Below, in pieces: positions 18,001 to 36,000 of a stretch of DNA of 64,000 nt (position 1 is its first letter; the number at the start of each line of letters is the position of its first letter). The notes beneath the pieces are model-generated. The model searched no databases, was not told the origin of the DNA, and saw only the letters and a list, made by a program, of their open reading frames with translations. Source of the DNA: Eledone cirrhosa (lineage: Eukaryota). Both the position numbers and the translations under genes were made by a program. The stretch covers positions 7,688,001 to 7,752,000 of the forward strand of contig OZ024743.1 in NCBI GenBank assembly GCA_964016885.1, in the 5' to 3' direction.

Positions 18001-21000
18001 ATCTACCACATCTAATACTATAATCTACCCCATCTAATACTATAATCTACCCCATCTAATCCTACCTTCTACCTCATTTAATACTATAATCTACCCTATC
18101 TAATATTATAATCTATCTCATCTAATACTATAATCTACCCCATCTAATACTACAATCTACCCCTAATAATACTATAATCTACCACATCTAATACTATAAT
18201 CTACCTCATATAATACTATAATCTACTCCATCTAATACTATAATCTAACCCCAACTAATACTATTATCTTCTCCATCTAATACTATAATCTGCCTCTATT
18301 CATACTATAATCTACCTCATCTAATATAATCTACCCCATCTAATACTATAATCTACCCCGTCTAATACTATAATCTCCCTCATCTAATACTATAATCTAC
18401 CTCATCTAAAAGTATAATCTACCTCATCTTATATAATCTACCTCATCTAATAATATAATCTACCTCATCTAATATAATCTACCTCATCTAATACTATAAT
18501 CTACCTCATATAATACTATAATCTATCTCATCTAATACTATAATCTACCTCATCTAATACTATAATCTACCTCATATAATACTATAATCTACCTCGACTA
18601 ATACTATAATCTACCACATCTAATAATATAATCTACCTCATCTAATATAATCTACCTCGTCTAATACTATAATCTACCTCATCTAATACTATAATCTACC
18701 TCATCTAATATAATCTACCTCATCTAATACTAAAATCTACCTCATCTAATATATTCTACCTCATGTAATCCTATAATCTACCTCATCTAATACTATAATC
18801 TACCTCATCTAATGCTATAATCTACCTCGATAATAATATAATCTACCTCATCTAATACTATAATCTACCTCATCTAATATAATCTACCTCATCTAATACT
18901 ATTATCTATCACAACTAATACTATAATCTACCTCATCTAATATAATCTACCTGATCTAATACTATTATCTACTGCAACTAATTCTATAATCTACACCATC
19001 TAATAATATAATCTACCTCATCTAATACTATAATCTACCCCATCTAATACTATAATCTATCTCATCTAATACTATAATCTACCCCATCTAATACTACATT
19101 CTACCTCATCTAATACTATAATCTACCTCATCTAATACAATAATCTACCTCATCTAATACTATAATCTACCTCATCTAATACTATAATATACCTCATCTA
19201 ATACTTTAATCTAACACGTCTAATACTATAATCTACCTCATCTACTAATATAATCTACCTCATGTAATACTATAATCCACCTCATCTAATACTATAATCT
19301 ACCTCATATAATACTATAATCCACCTCATCTAATACTATAATCTACCTCATCAATACTATAATCTCCCTTTTCTAATACTACATTCTACCTCATCTAATA
19401 CTATAATCTACCTCATCTAATACTATAATCTACCCCAAGTAATACTATAATATACCACATCCTATACTATAATCTACCACATCTAATACTTTAATCTACC
19501 TCATCTAATACTATAATCTACCTCTATAAATATTATAATCTACCCCATCTAATATAATCTACGACATCTATTACTATAATCTACCCTATCTAATACTATA
19601 ATCTACCTCAACTAATACTATAATCTACCTCATCTAATACTATAATCTACCTCATCTAATACTATAATCTACCTCATCTAAAACTATAATCTACCTCATC
19701 TTATACTATAATCTACCTCATCTAATACTATAATCTACCCCATCTAATATAATCAACTACATCTAATACTATAATCTACCTCGTCTAATACTATAATCTA
19801 CCTCATCTAATAATATAATCTACCTCATCTAATACTATAATCTACCTCATCTAATATAATCTATCTCATCTAATACTATAATCTACCTCACCTAATACTA
19901 TAATCTACCCCATCTAATATAATATCTACACCATCTAATACTACATTCTACCTCATCTAATACTATAATCTACCCCATCTAATACTATAATCTATCTCAT
20001 CTAATACTATAATCTACCCCATCTAATACTACATTCTACCTCATCTAATATAATCTACCTCGTCTAATACTATAATCTACCTCATCTAATACTATAATCT
20101 ACGCCATCTAATATAATATCAACCACATCTCATACTATAATCTACCCCATCTAATACTATAATCTACCCCATCTAATACTATAATCTACCCCATCTAATA
20201 CATCTAATAGTATAATCTACCTCATCTAATAGTATAATCTAACTCATCTAATAGTATAATGTACCTCATCTAATACTATAATCTACCACATCTAATACTA
20301 TAATCTACCTCATCTAATACTATAATCTACCTCATCTAATATAATCTACCTCATCTAATTCTATAATCTACCCCATCTAATACTATAATCTACGCCATCT
20401 AATACTATAATCTACCTCATCTAATACTATAATCTACCCCAACTAATACTATAATCTACTCCATCTAATACTATAATCTACCTCATCTAATATAATCTAC
20501 CTCATATAATACTATAATGTATTACATCTAATACTATAATTTACCTTATCTAATACTATAATCTACCTCATCTAATATAATCTACCTCTTCTAATACTAT
20601 AATATACCTAATCTAATACTACAATCTCCTCCATCTAATACTATAATCTACCTTGTCCAATACTATAATCTACCTCATCTAATAATATAATCTACCTCAT
20701 CTAATACTATAATTTACCTCATCTAATATAATCTACCTCTCCTAATACTATAATCTACCTCACCTAATACTATAATCTACCCCATCTAATATAATATCTA
20801 CCACATCTAATACTATAATATACCCCATCTAATACTACAATCCTCCTCATCTAATACTATAATCTACCTCATCTAATACTATAATCTACCTCATCTAATA
20901 CTATAATCTACCTCATCTAATACTATAATCTACCTCATCTAATACTATAATCTGCCTCATCTAATAATATAATCTACCTCATCTAATACTACAATCTACC

Positions 21001-24000
21001 TCTGTAATATAATCTACCCCATGTAATACTATAATCTACCCCATCTAATACTATAATCTACCTCATCTAATACTATAATCTACCCCATCTAATATAACAT
21101 CAACCACATCTAATACTATAATCTACCCTATCTAATACTACATTCTACCTCATTTTATACTATAATCTACCCTATCTAATACTATAATCTACCTCATCTA
21201 ATACTATAATCTACCTCATCTAATACTATAATCTACCTCATCTAATACTATAATCTGCCTCATCTAATAATATAATCTACCTCATCTAATACTATAATCT
21301 ACCTCTGTAATATAATCTACCCCATGTAATACTATAATCTACCCCATCTAATACTATAATCTACCTCATCTAATATAATCTACCTCGTCTAATAATATAA
21401 TCTACCTCATCTAATACTATAATCTACCCCATCTAATATAACATCAACCACATCTAATACTATAATCTACCCTATCTAATACTACATTCTACCTCATTTT
21501 ATACTATAATCTACCCTATCTAATACTACATTCTACCTCATTTAATACTATAATCTACCCCATTTAATACAATATTCTACCTCATCTAATACTATAATCT
21601 ATTCCATCTAATACTACAATCTACCCCAATAATACTATAATCTACCCTATCTAATACTATAATCTACCGCATCTAATACTATAATCTACCTCATCTAATA
21701 CTATAATGTACCTCATCCAATACTATAATCTACACCATCTAATACTATAATCTACCTCATCTAATACTATAATCTACCTCATCCAATACTATAATCTACA
21801 CCATCTAATACTATAATCTATCCCATCTAATACTATAATCTACCCCATCTAATACTATAATCTACCACATCTAATACTATAATCTACCCCATCTAATACT
21901 ATAATCTACCTCATCTAGTACTATAAAATACCCCATCTAATACTATAATCTACCCCATCTAATACTATAATCTACCACATCGTATACTATAATCTACCAC
22001 ATCTAATACTATAATCTACCTCAACTAATACTATAATCTACCTTATCTAATACTATAATCTACCTCATCTAATAATATAATCTACCTCATCCAATACTAT
22101 AATCTACACTATCTAATACTATAATCTACCTCATCAATACTATAATCTCCCTTATCTAATACTACATTCTACCTCATCTAATACTATAATCTACCTCATC
22201 TAATACTATAATCTACCCCATCTAATACTATAATCTACCACATCTTATACTATAATCTACCACATCTAATACTATAATCTACCTCATCTAATACTATAAT
22301 CTACCTCATCTAATAATATAATCTACCTCTATAAATATTATAATCTACCCCTTCTAATATAATCTACGACATCTATTACTATAATCTACCCTATCTAATA
22401 CTATAATCTACCTCAACTAATACTATAATCTACCTCATCTAATACTATAATCTACCTCATCTAATACTATAATCTACCTCATCTAATACTATAATCTACC
22501 TCATCTTATACTATAATCTACCTCATCTAATACTATCATCTACCCCATCTAATACTATAATCTACCTCATCTAGTACTACAAAATACCCCATCTAATACT
22601 ATAATCTACCCCATCTAATACTATAATCTACCACATCGTATACTATAATCTACCACATCTAATACTATAATCTACCTCATCTAATACTATAATCTACCTC
22701 ATCTAATACTATAATCTACCTCATCTAATACTATAATCTACCTCATCCAATACTATAATCTACACCATCTAATACTATAATCTATCCCATCTAATACTAT
22801 AATCTACCCCATCTAATACTATAATCTACCACATCTAATACTATAATCTACCCCATCTAATACTATAATCTACCTCATCTAGTACTATAAAATACCCCAT
22901 CTAATACTATAATCTACCCCATCTAATACTATAATCTACCACATCGTATACTATAATCTACCACATCTAATACTATAATCTACCTCAACTAATACTATAA
23001 TCTACCTTATCTAATACTATAATCTACCTCATCTAATAATATAATCTACCTCATCCAATACTATAATCTACACTATCTAATACTATAATCTACCTCATCA
23101 ATACTATAATCTCCCTTATCTAATACTACATTCTACCTCATCTAATACTATAATCTACCTCATCTAATACTATAATCTACCCCATCTAATACTATAATCT
23201 ACCACATCTTATACTATAATCTACCACATCTAATACTATAATCTACCTCATCTAATACTATAATCTACCTCATCTAATAATATAATCTACCTCTATAAAT
23301 ATTATAATCTACCCCTTCTAATATAATCTACGACATCTATTACTATAATCTACCCTATCTAATACTATAATCTACCTCAACTAATACTATAATCTACCTC
23401 ATCTAATACTATAATCTACCTCATCTAATACTATAATCTACCTCATCTAATACTATAATCTACCTCATCTTATACTATAATCTACCTCATCTAATACTAT
23501 CATCTACCCCATCTAATACTATAATCTACCTCATCTAGTACTACAAAATACCCCATCTAATACTATAATCTACGCCATCTAATACTATAATCTACCACAT
23601 CGTATACTATAATCTACCACATCTAATACTATAATCTACCTCATCTAATACTATAATCTACCTCATCTAATACTATAATCTACCTCATCTAATACTATAA
23701 TCTAACCCATCTAATATAATCTACGACATCTAATACTATAATCTTCCTCATCTAATACTATAATGTACCTCATCTAATACTATAATCTACCTCATCTAAT
23801 ACTATAATCTACCCCATCTAATACTATAATGTACCTCATCTAATACTATAATCTACCTCATCTAATACTATAATCTACCTCATCTAATACTATAATCTAC
23901 CTCATCTAATACTATAATCTACCTCGTCTAATACTATAATCTACCTCATCTAATAATATAATCTACCTCATCTAATATAATCTATCTCATCTAATACTAT

Positions 24001-27000
24001 AATCTACCTCATCTAATACTATAATCTAACCCATCTAATATAATCTACCACATCTAATACTATAATCTACCTCATCTAATACTATAATCTACCTCATCTA
24101 ATATAATCTACCTCAATTAATTCTATAATCTACCCATCTAATACTATAATCTACGCCATCTAATACTATAATCTACGCCATCTAATACTATAATCTACCT
24201 CATCTAATACTATAATCTACCCCAACTAATACTATAATCTACTCCATCTAATACTATAATCTACCTCATCTAATATAATCTACCTCATCTAATTCTATAA
24301 TGTACCACATCTAATACTATAATCTACCTTATCTAATATTATAATCTACCTCATCTAATATAATCTACCTCTTCTAATACTATAATATACCCCATCTAAT
24401 ACTACATTCTACCTCATCTATTACTATAATCTACCTCATCTAATACTATAATCTACCTCATCTAATACTATAATCTACCTCATCTAATACTATAATCTAC
24501 CTCATCTAATACTATAATCTATCTCATCTAATAATATAATCTACCTCATCTAATACTATAATCTACCTCATTTAATATAATCTACCTCATGTAATACTAT
24601 AATCTACCCCATCTAATACTATAAACTACCTCATCTAATATAATCTACCTCGTCTAATACTATAATCTACCTCATCTAATACTATAATCTACCCCATCTA
24701 ATATAATATCAGCCACATCTAATACTATAATCTACCCTATCTAATACTACATTCTACCTCATTTTATACTATAATCTACCCTATCTTATACTATAATCTA
24801 TCTCATATAATACTATAATCTACCCCATTTAATACAATATTCTACCTCATCTAATACTATAATCTATTCCATCTAATACTACAATCTACCCCAATAATAC
24901 TATAATCTACCCTATCTAATACTATAATCTACCGCATCTAATACTATAATCTACCTCATCTAATACTATAATCTACCTCATCCAATACTATAATCTACCT
25001 CATCTAATACTATCATCTACCCCATCTAATACTATAATCTACCTCATCTAGTACTACAAAATACCCCATCTAATACTATAATCTACGCCATCTAATACTA
25101 TAATCTACCACATCGTATACTATAATCTACCACATCTAATACTATAATCTACCTCATCTAATACTATAATCTACCTCATCTAATACTATAATCTACCTCA
25201 TCTAATACTATAATCTAACCCATCTAATATAATCTACGACATCTAATACTATAATCTTCCTCATCTAATACTATAATGTACCTCATCTAATACTATAATC
25301 TACCTCATCTAATACTATAATCTACCCCATCTAATACTATAATGTACCTCATCTAATACTATAATCTACCTCATCTAATACTATAATCTACCTCATCTAA
25401 TACTATAATCTACCTCATCTAATACTATAATCTACCTCGTCTAATACTATAATCTACCTCATCTAATAATATAATCTACCTCTATAAATATTATAATCTA
25501 CCCCTTCTAATATAATCTACGACATCTATTACTATAATCTACCCTATCTAATACTATAATCTACCTCAACTAATACTATAATCTACCTCATCTAATACTA
25601 TAATCTACCTCATCTAATACTATAATCTACCTCATCTAATACTATAATCTACCTCATCTTATACTATAATCTACCTCATCTAATACTATCATCTACCCCA
25701 TCTAATACTATAATCTACCTCATCTAGTACTACAAAATACCCCATCTAATACTATAATCTACCCCATCTAATACTATAATCTACCACATCGTATACTATA
25801 ATCTACCACATCTAATACTATAATCTACCTCATCTAATACTATAATCTACCTCATCTAATACTATAATCTACCTCATCTAATACTATAATCTAACCCATC
25901 TAATATAATCTACGACATCTAATACTATAATCTTCCTCATCTAATACTATAATGTACCTCATCTAATACTATAATCTACCTCATCTAATACTATAATCTA
26001 CCCCATCTAATACTATAATGTACCTCATCTAATACTATAATCTACCTCATCTAATACTATAATCTACCTCATCTAATACTATAATCTACCTCATCTAATA
26101 CTATAATCTACCTCGTCTAATACTATAATCTACCTCATCTAATAATATAATCTACCTCATCTAATATAATCTATCTCATCTAATACTATAATCTACCTCA
26201 TCTAATACTATAATCTAACCCATCTAATATAATCTACCACATCTAATACTATAATCTACCTCATCTAATACTATAATCTACCTCATCTAATATAAACTAC
26301 CTCAATTAATTCTATAATCTACCCCATCTAATACTATAATCTACGCCATCTAATACTATAATCTACGCCATCTAATACTATAATCTACCTCATCTAATAC
26401 TATAATCTACCCCAACTAATACTATAATCTACTCCATCTAATACTATAATCTACCTCATCTAATATAATCTACCTCATCTAATTCTATAATGTACCACAT
26501 CTAATACTATAATCTACCTTATCTAATATTATAATCTACCTCATCTAATATAATCTACCTCTTCTAATACTATAATATACCCCATCTAATACTACATTCT
26601 ACCTCATCTATTACTATAATCTACCTCATCTAATACTATAATCTACCTCATCTAATACTATAATCTACCTCATCTAATACTATAATCTACCTCATCTAAT
26701 ACTATAATCTATCTCATCTAATAATATAATCTACCTCATCTAATACTATAATCTACCTCATTTAATATAATCTACCTCATGTAATACTATAATCTACCCC
26801 ATCTAATACTATAATCTACCTCATCTAATATAATCTACCTCGTCTAATACTATAATCTACCTCATCTAATACTATAATCTACCCCATCTAATATAATATC
26901 AGCCACATCTAATACTATAATCTACCCTATCTAATACTACATTCTACCTCATTTTATACTATAATCTACCCTATCTTATACTATAATCTATCTCATATAG

Positions 27001-30000
27001 TACTATAATCTACCCCATTTAATACAATATTCTACCTCATCTAATTCTATAATCTATTCCATCTAATACTACAATCTACCCCAATAATACTATAATCTAC
27101 CCTATCTAATACTATAATCTACCGCATCTAATACTATAATCTACCTCATCTAATACTATAATCTACCTCATCCAATACTATAATCTACCTCATCTAATAC
27201 TATCATCTACCCCATCTAATACTATAATCTACCTCATCTAGTACTACAAAATACCCCATCTAATACTATAATCTACGCCATCTAATACTATAATCTACCA
27301 CATCGTATACTATAATCTACCACATCTAATACTATAATCTACCTCATCTAATACTATAATCTACCTCATCTAATACTATAATCTACCTCATCTAATACTA
27401 TAATCTAACCCATCTAATATAATCTACGACATCTAATACTATAATCTTCCTCATCTAATACTATAATGTACCTCATCTAATACTATAATCTACCTCATCT
27501 AATACTATAATCTACCCCATCTAATACTATAATGTACCTCATCTAATACTATAATCTACCTCATCTAATACTATAATCTACCTCATCTAATACTATAATC
27601 TACCTCATCTAATACTATAATCTACCTCGTCTAATACTATAATCTACCTCATCTAATAATATAATCTACCTCATCTAATATAATCTATCTCATCTAATAC
27701 TATAATCTACCTCATCTAATACTATAATCTAACCCATCTAATATAATCTACCACATCTAATACTATAATCTACCTCATCTAATACTATAATCTACCTCAT
27801 CTAATATAATCTACCTCAATTAATTCTATAATCTACCCCATCTAATACTATAATCTACGCCATCTAATACTATAATCTACGCCATCTAATACTATAATCT
27901 ACCTCATCTAATACTATAATCTACCCCAACTAATACTATAATCTACTCCATCTAATACTACAATCTACCTCATCTAATATAATCTACCTCATCTAATTCT
28001 ATAATGTACCACATCTAATACTATAATCTACCTTATCTAATATTATAATCTACCTCATCTAATATAATCTACCTCTTCTAATACTATAATATACCCCATC
28101 TAATACTACATTCTACCTCATCTATTACTATAATCTACCTCATCTAATACTATAATCTACCTCATCTAATACTATAATCTACCTCATCTAATACTATAAT
28201 CTACCTCATCTAATACTATAATCTATCTCATCTAATAATATAATCTACCTCATCTAATACTATAATCTACCTCATTTAATATAATCTACCTCATGTAATA
28301 CTATAATCTACCCCATCTAATACTATAATCTACCTCAACTAATATAATCTACCTCGTCTAATACTATAATCTACCTCATCTAATACTATAATCTACCCTA
28401 TCTAATACTACATTCTACCTCATTTTATACTATAATCTACCCTATCTTATACTATAATCTATCTCATATAATACTATAATCTACCCCATTTAATACAATA
28501 TTCTACCTCATCTAATACTATAATCTATTCCATCTAATACTACAATCTACCCCAATAATACTATAATCTACCCTATCTAATACTATAATCTACCGCATCT
28601 AATACTATAATCTACCTCATCTAATACTATAATCTACCTCATCCAATACTATAATCTAACCCATCTAATATAATCTACGACATCTATTACTATAATCTTC
28701 CCTATCTAATACTATAATCTACCTCAACTAATACTATAATCTACCTCATCTAATACTATAATCTACCTCATCTAATACTATAATATACCTCATCCAATAC
28801 TATAATCTACACTATCTAATACTATAATTTACCTCATCTAATACTATAATCTACCTCATCTAATACTATAATCTACCTCATCCAATACTATAATCTACAC
28901 CATCTAATACTATAATCTATCCCATCTAATACTATAATCTACCCCATCTAATACTATAATCTACCCCATCTAATACTATAATCTACCTCATCTAGTACTA
29001 TAAAATACCCCATCTAATACTATAATCTACCCCATCTAATACTATAATCTACCACATCGTATACTATAATCTACCACATCTAATACTATAATCTACCTCA
29101 TCTAATACTATAATCTATCCCATATAATACTATAATCTACCTCATCTAATACTATAATCTAACCCATCTAATATAATCTACGACATCTATTACTATAATC
29201 TTACCTATCTAATACTATAATCTACCTCATCTAATATTATAATCTACCCCATCTAAAACTATAATCTTCCCCATCTAATATAATATCTACCACATCTAAT
29301 ACTATAATCTACCTCATCTAATACTATAATCTACCTCATCTAATATAATATCTACCTCATCTAATACTATAATCTACCTTATCTAATACTACAATCTACC
29401 TCATCTAATACTATAATCTACCTCAACTAATACTATAATCCACCCAATCTACAATCTATCTCATCTAATACTATAATGTACCTCATCTAATACTATAATC
29501 TACCCCATCTAATACTATAATCTACCACATCTAATACTATAATCTATCTAATTTAATACTATAATGTACCCCATTTAATACTATAATCTACCTCATCTAA
29601 TACTATAATCTACTCCATCTAATACTATAATCTACCACATCTAATACTATAATCTACCTCATCTTATACTATAATCTACACCATCTAATACTATAATCTA
29701 CCTCATCTTATACTATAATCTACACCATCTAATACTATAATCTACCCCATCTAATACATTTTTCTAACCCCAACTAATACTATAATCTTCTCCATCTAAT
29801 ACTATAATCCACCTCATCTAATACTATAATCTACCTCATCAATACTATAATCTACCACATCTTATACTATAATCTATCACATCTAATACTATAATCTACC
29901 TCATATAATACTATAATCTACCTCATCTAGTACTATAAAATACCCCATCTAATACTATAATCTACCCCATCTAATACTAAAATCTACCACATCTAATACT

Positions 30001-33000
30001 ATAATCTACCCCTTCTAATACTATAATCTACCACATCTAATACTATAATCTACCTCATATAATACTATAATCTACCTCATCTAATACTATAATCTACCCC
30101 ATCTAATACTATAATCTACCCCATCTAATACTATAATCTACCACATCTTATACTATAATCTACCACATCTAATACTATAATCTACCTCATCTAATAAAAT
30201 AATCTACCTCATCTAATAAAATAATCTACCTCATCTATTATAATCTACCCCATCTAATACTATAATCTACCTCATCTAATACTATAATCTACCTCATCTA
30301 ATAATATAATCTACCACATCTAATACTATAATCTACCTCATCTAATACTATAATCTACCTCATCTAATATAATCTACCTCATCTAATACTATAATCTAGC
30401 TAATCTGATACTATAATCTACCTCATCTAATACTATAATCTACCCCATCTAATATAATCTACCTCATCTAATACTATAATCTAGCTAATCTGATACTATA
30501 ATCTACCTCATCTAATACTATAATCTACCCCATCTAATACTATAATCTACCTCATCTAATACTATAATCTACCTCATCTAATATAATCTACCTCATCTAA
30601 TACTATAATCTAGCTAATCTGATACTATAATCTACCTCATCTAATACTATAATCTACCCCATCTAATACTATAATCTACTTCATCTAATACTATAATCTA
30701 CATCATCTAATACTATAATCTACCTCATCTAATACTATAATCTACTCCATCAAATACTATAATCTACCTCATCTAATGCTATAATGTATCTCATCTAATA
30801 CTATAATCTACCTCATCTAATACTATAATCTACCTCATCTAATACTATAATCTACCCCATCTAATACTATAATCTACCTCATCTAATTCTATAATCTACC
30901 CCATCTAATACTACAATCTACCTCATCTAATGCTATAATCTACCTCATCTAATACTATAATCTACTCCATCTAATACTATAATCTACCTCATTTAATGCT
31001 ATAATGTATCTCATCTAATACTATAATCTACCTCATCTAATACTATAATCTACCTCATCTAATACTATAATCTACCCCATCTAATACTATAATCTACCTC
31101 ATCTAATACTATAATCTACCACATCTAATAATATAATCTACCTCATCTAATACTATAATCTACCTCATCTAATATAATATCTACCTCATCTAATACTATA
31201 ATCTACCTTATCTAATACTACAATCTACCTCATCTAATACTATAATCTACCTCATCTAATACTATAATCTACCTCATCTAATACTATAATCCACCCAATC
31301 TAATACTACAATCTATCTCATCTAATACTATAATCTACCTCATCTAATACTATAATCTACCCCATCTAATACTATAATCTACCACATCTAATACTATAAT
31401 CTATCTAATTTAATACTATAATCTACCCCATTTAATACTATAATCTACCTCATCTAATACTATAATCTACTCCATCTAATACTATAATCTACCACATCTA
31501 ATACTATAATCTACCTCATCTTATACTATAATCTACACCATCTAATACTATAATCTACCTCATCTTATACTATAATCTACACCATCTAATACTATAATCT
31601 ACCCCATCTAATACTTTTTTCTAACCCCAACTAATACTATAATCTTCTCCATCTAATACTATAATCCACCTCATCTAATACTATAATCTACCTCATCAAT
31701 ACTATAATCTACCACATCTTATACTATAATCTACCACATCTAATACTATAATCTACCTCATATAATACTATAATCTACCTCATCTAGTACTATAAAATAC
31801 CCCATCTAATACTATAATCTACCCCATCTAATACTATAATCTACCACATTGTATACTATAATCTACCACATCTAATACTATAATCTACCTCATCTAATAC
31901 TATAATCTACCTCATCTAATACTATAATCTACCTCATCTAATACTATAATCTACCTCATCTAATAATATAATCTACCTCATCTAATACTATAATCTAACC
32001 CATCTAATATAATCTACGACATCTATTACTATAATCTTCCCTATCTAATACTATAATCTACCTCAACTAATACTATAATCTACCTCATCTAATACTATAA
32101 TCTACCTCATCTAATACTATAATCTACCTCATCTAATATAATCTACCTCATCTAATACTATTATCTACCACAACTAATACTATAATCTACCTCATCTAAT
32201 TCTATAATCTACCCCATCTAATACTATAATCTACCTCATATAATACTATAATCTACGTCATCTAATACTATAATCTACGTCATCTAATACTATAATCTAC
32301 CTCATCTAATATAATCTACCTCATCTAATACTATATTCTAACCCCAATTAATACTATAATCTTCTCCATCTAATACTATAATCCACCTCATCTAATACTA
32401 TAATCTAACTCATCAATACTATAATCAACCTTTTCTAATGTACCTAATCTAATACTATAATGTACCTAATCAAATACTATAATCTACCACATCTTATACT
32501 ATAATCTACCACATCTAATACTATAATCTACCACATATAATACTATAATCTACCTCATCTAATACTATAATCTACCCCATCTAATACTATAATCTACCCC
32601 ATCTAATACTATAATCTACCAAATCTAATACTATAATCTACCACATATAATACTATAATCTACCTCATCTAATACTATAATCTACCCCATCTAATACTAT
32701 AATCTACCCCATCTAATACTACAATCTCCACATCAAATAATATAATCTACCTCATCTAATACTATAATCTACTTCATCTAATACTATAATCTAACCCATC
32801 TAATATAATCTACTTCATCTAATACTATAATCTACCTCATCTAATATAATCTACCTCATCTAATACTATAATCTACCTCATCTAATACTATAATCTACCC
32901 AATCTAATACTATAATCTACCTCATCTAATAAAATAATCTTCCTCATCTAATAAAATAATCTACCTCATCTATTATAATCTACCCCATCTAATACTATAA

Positions 33001-36000
33001 TCTACCTCATCTAATACTATAATCTACCTCATCTAATAATATAATCTACCACATCTAATACTATAATCTACCTCATCTAATACTATAATCTACCCCATCT
33101 AATACTATAATCTACCTCATCTAATACTATTATCTACTCCATCTAATACTATAATCTACCTCATCTAATGGTATAATGTATCTCATCTAATACTATAATC
33201 TACCTCATCTAATACTATAATCTACCTCATCTAATACTATAATCTACCCCATCTAATACTATAATCTACCTCATCTAATACTATAATCTACCTCATCTAA
33301 TATAATCTACCTCATCTAATACTATAATCTACCTAATCTGATACTATAATCTACCTCATCTAATACTATAATCTACCCCATCTAATACTATAATCTACTT
33401 CATCTAATACTATAATCTACCTCATCTAATACTATAATCTACTCCATCTAATACTATAATCTACCTCATCTAATGCTATAATGTATCTCATCCAATACTA
33501 TAATCTACCTCATCTAATACTATAATCTACCTCATCTAATACTATAATCTACCCCATCTAATACTATAATCTACCTCATCTAATACTATAATCTACCCCA
33601 TCTAATACTATAATCTACCTCATCTAATGCTATAATCTACCTCATCTAATACTATAATCTACTTCATCTAATACTATAATTTACCTCATCTAATGCTATA
33701 ATGTATCTCATCTAATACTATAATCTACCTCATCTAATACTATAATCTACCTCATCTAATACTATAATCTACCCCATCTAATACTATAATCTACCTCATC
33801 TAATACTATAATCTACCACATCTAATACTATAATCTACCTCATCTAATACTATAATCTACCTCATCTAATGCGATAATGTATCTCATCTAATACTATAAT
33901 CTACCTCATCTAATACTATAATCTACCCCATCTAATACTATAATCTATCTCATCTAATACTATAATCTACCTCATCTAATACTATAATCTACCTCATCTA
34001 ATACTATAATCTACCCCATCTGATACTATAATCTACCTCATCAAATACTATAATCTACCTCATCTAATACTATAATCTACCCCATCTAATACTATAATCT
34101 ACCTCATCTAATACTATAATCTACCTCATCTAATACTATAATCTACCCCATCTAATACTATAATCTACTCTATCTAATACTATAATCTACCTGATCTAAT
34201 ACTATAATCTACCTCATCTAATACTATAATCTACCTCATCTAATACTATAATCTACCTCATCTAATACTATAATCTATCTCATCTAATACTATAATCTAC
34301 CCCATCTAATACTATAATCTATCTCATCTAATACTATAATCTACCCCATCTAATACTATAATCTATCTCATCTAATACTATAATCTACCCCATCTTATAC
34401 TATAATCTAACACATCTAATACTATAATCTACCCCATCTAATACTATAATCTACCTCAACTAATACTATAATCTACCCCAACTAGTACTATAATCTACCC
34501 CATCTAATACTATAATATACCTCATCTAATACTATAATCTACCCCATCTAATACTATAATCTACCTCATCTAATACTATAATCTACCCCATCTAATACTA
34601 TAATCTACCTCATCTAATACTATAATCTACCTCATCTAATACTATAATCTACCCCATCTAATACTATAATCTACCACATATAATACTATAATCTACCTCA
34701 TCTAATACTATAATCTACCCCATCTAATACTATAATCTACCCCATCTAATACTATAATCTACCAAATCTAATACTATAATCTACCACATATAATACTATA
34801 ATCTACCTCATCTAATACTATAATCTACCCCATCTAATACTATAATCTACCCCATCTAATACTACAATCTCCACATCAAATACTATAATCTACCTCATCT
34901 AATACTATAATCTACTTCATCTAATACTATAATCTAACCCATCTAATATAATCTACTTCATCTAATACTATAATCTACCTCATCTAATATAATCTACCTC
35001 ATCTAATACTATAATCTACCTCATCTAATACTATAATCTACCCAATCTAATACTATAATCTACCTCATCTAATAAAATAATCTTCCTCATCTAATAAAAT
35101 AATCTACCTCATCTATTATAATCTACCCCATCTAATACTATAATCTACCTCATCTAATACTATAATCTACCTCATCTAATAATATAATCTACCACATCTA
35201 ATACTATAATCTACCTCATCTAATACTATAATCTACCCCATCTAATACTATAATCTACCTCATCTAATACTATTATCTACTCCATCTAATACTATAATCT
35301 ACCTCATCTAATGGTATAATGTATCTCATCTAATACTATAATCTACCTCATCTAATACTATAATCTACCTCATCTAATACTATAATCTACCCCATCTAAT
35401 ACTATAATCTACCTCATCTAATACTATAATCTACCTCATCTAATATAATCTACCTCATCTAATACTATAATCTACCTCATCTGATACTATAATCTACCTC
35501 ATCTAATACTATAATCTACCCCATCTAATACTATAATCTACTTCATCTAATACTATAATCTACCTCATCTAATACTATAATCTACTCCATCTAATACTAT
35601 AATCTACCTCATCTAATGCTATAATGTATCTCATCCAATACTATAATCTACCTCATCTAATACTATAATCTACCTCATCTAATACTATAATCTACCCCAT
35701 CTAATACTATAATCTACCTCATCTAATACTATAATCTACCCCATCTAATACTATAATCTACCTCATCTAATGCTATAATCTACCTCATCTAATACTATAA
35801 TCTACTTCATCTAATACTATAATTTACCTCATCTAATGCTATAATGTATCTCATCTAATACTATAATCTACCTCATCTAATACTATAATCTACCTCATCT
35901 AATACTATAATCTACCCCATCTAATACTATAATCTACCTCATCTAATACTATAATCTACCACATCTAATACTATAATCTACCTCATCTAATACTATAATC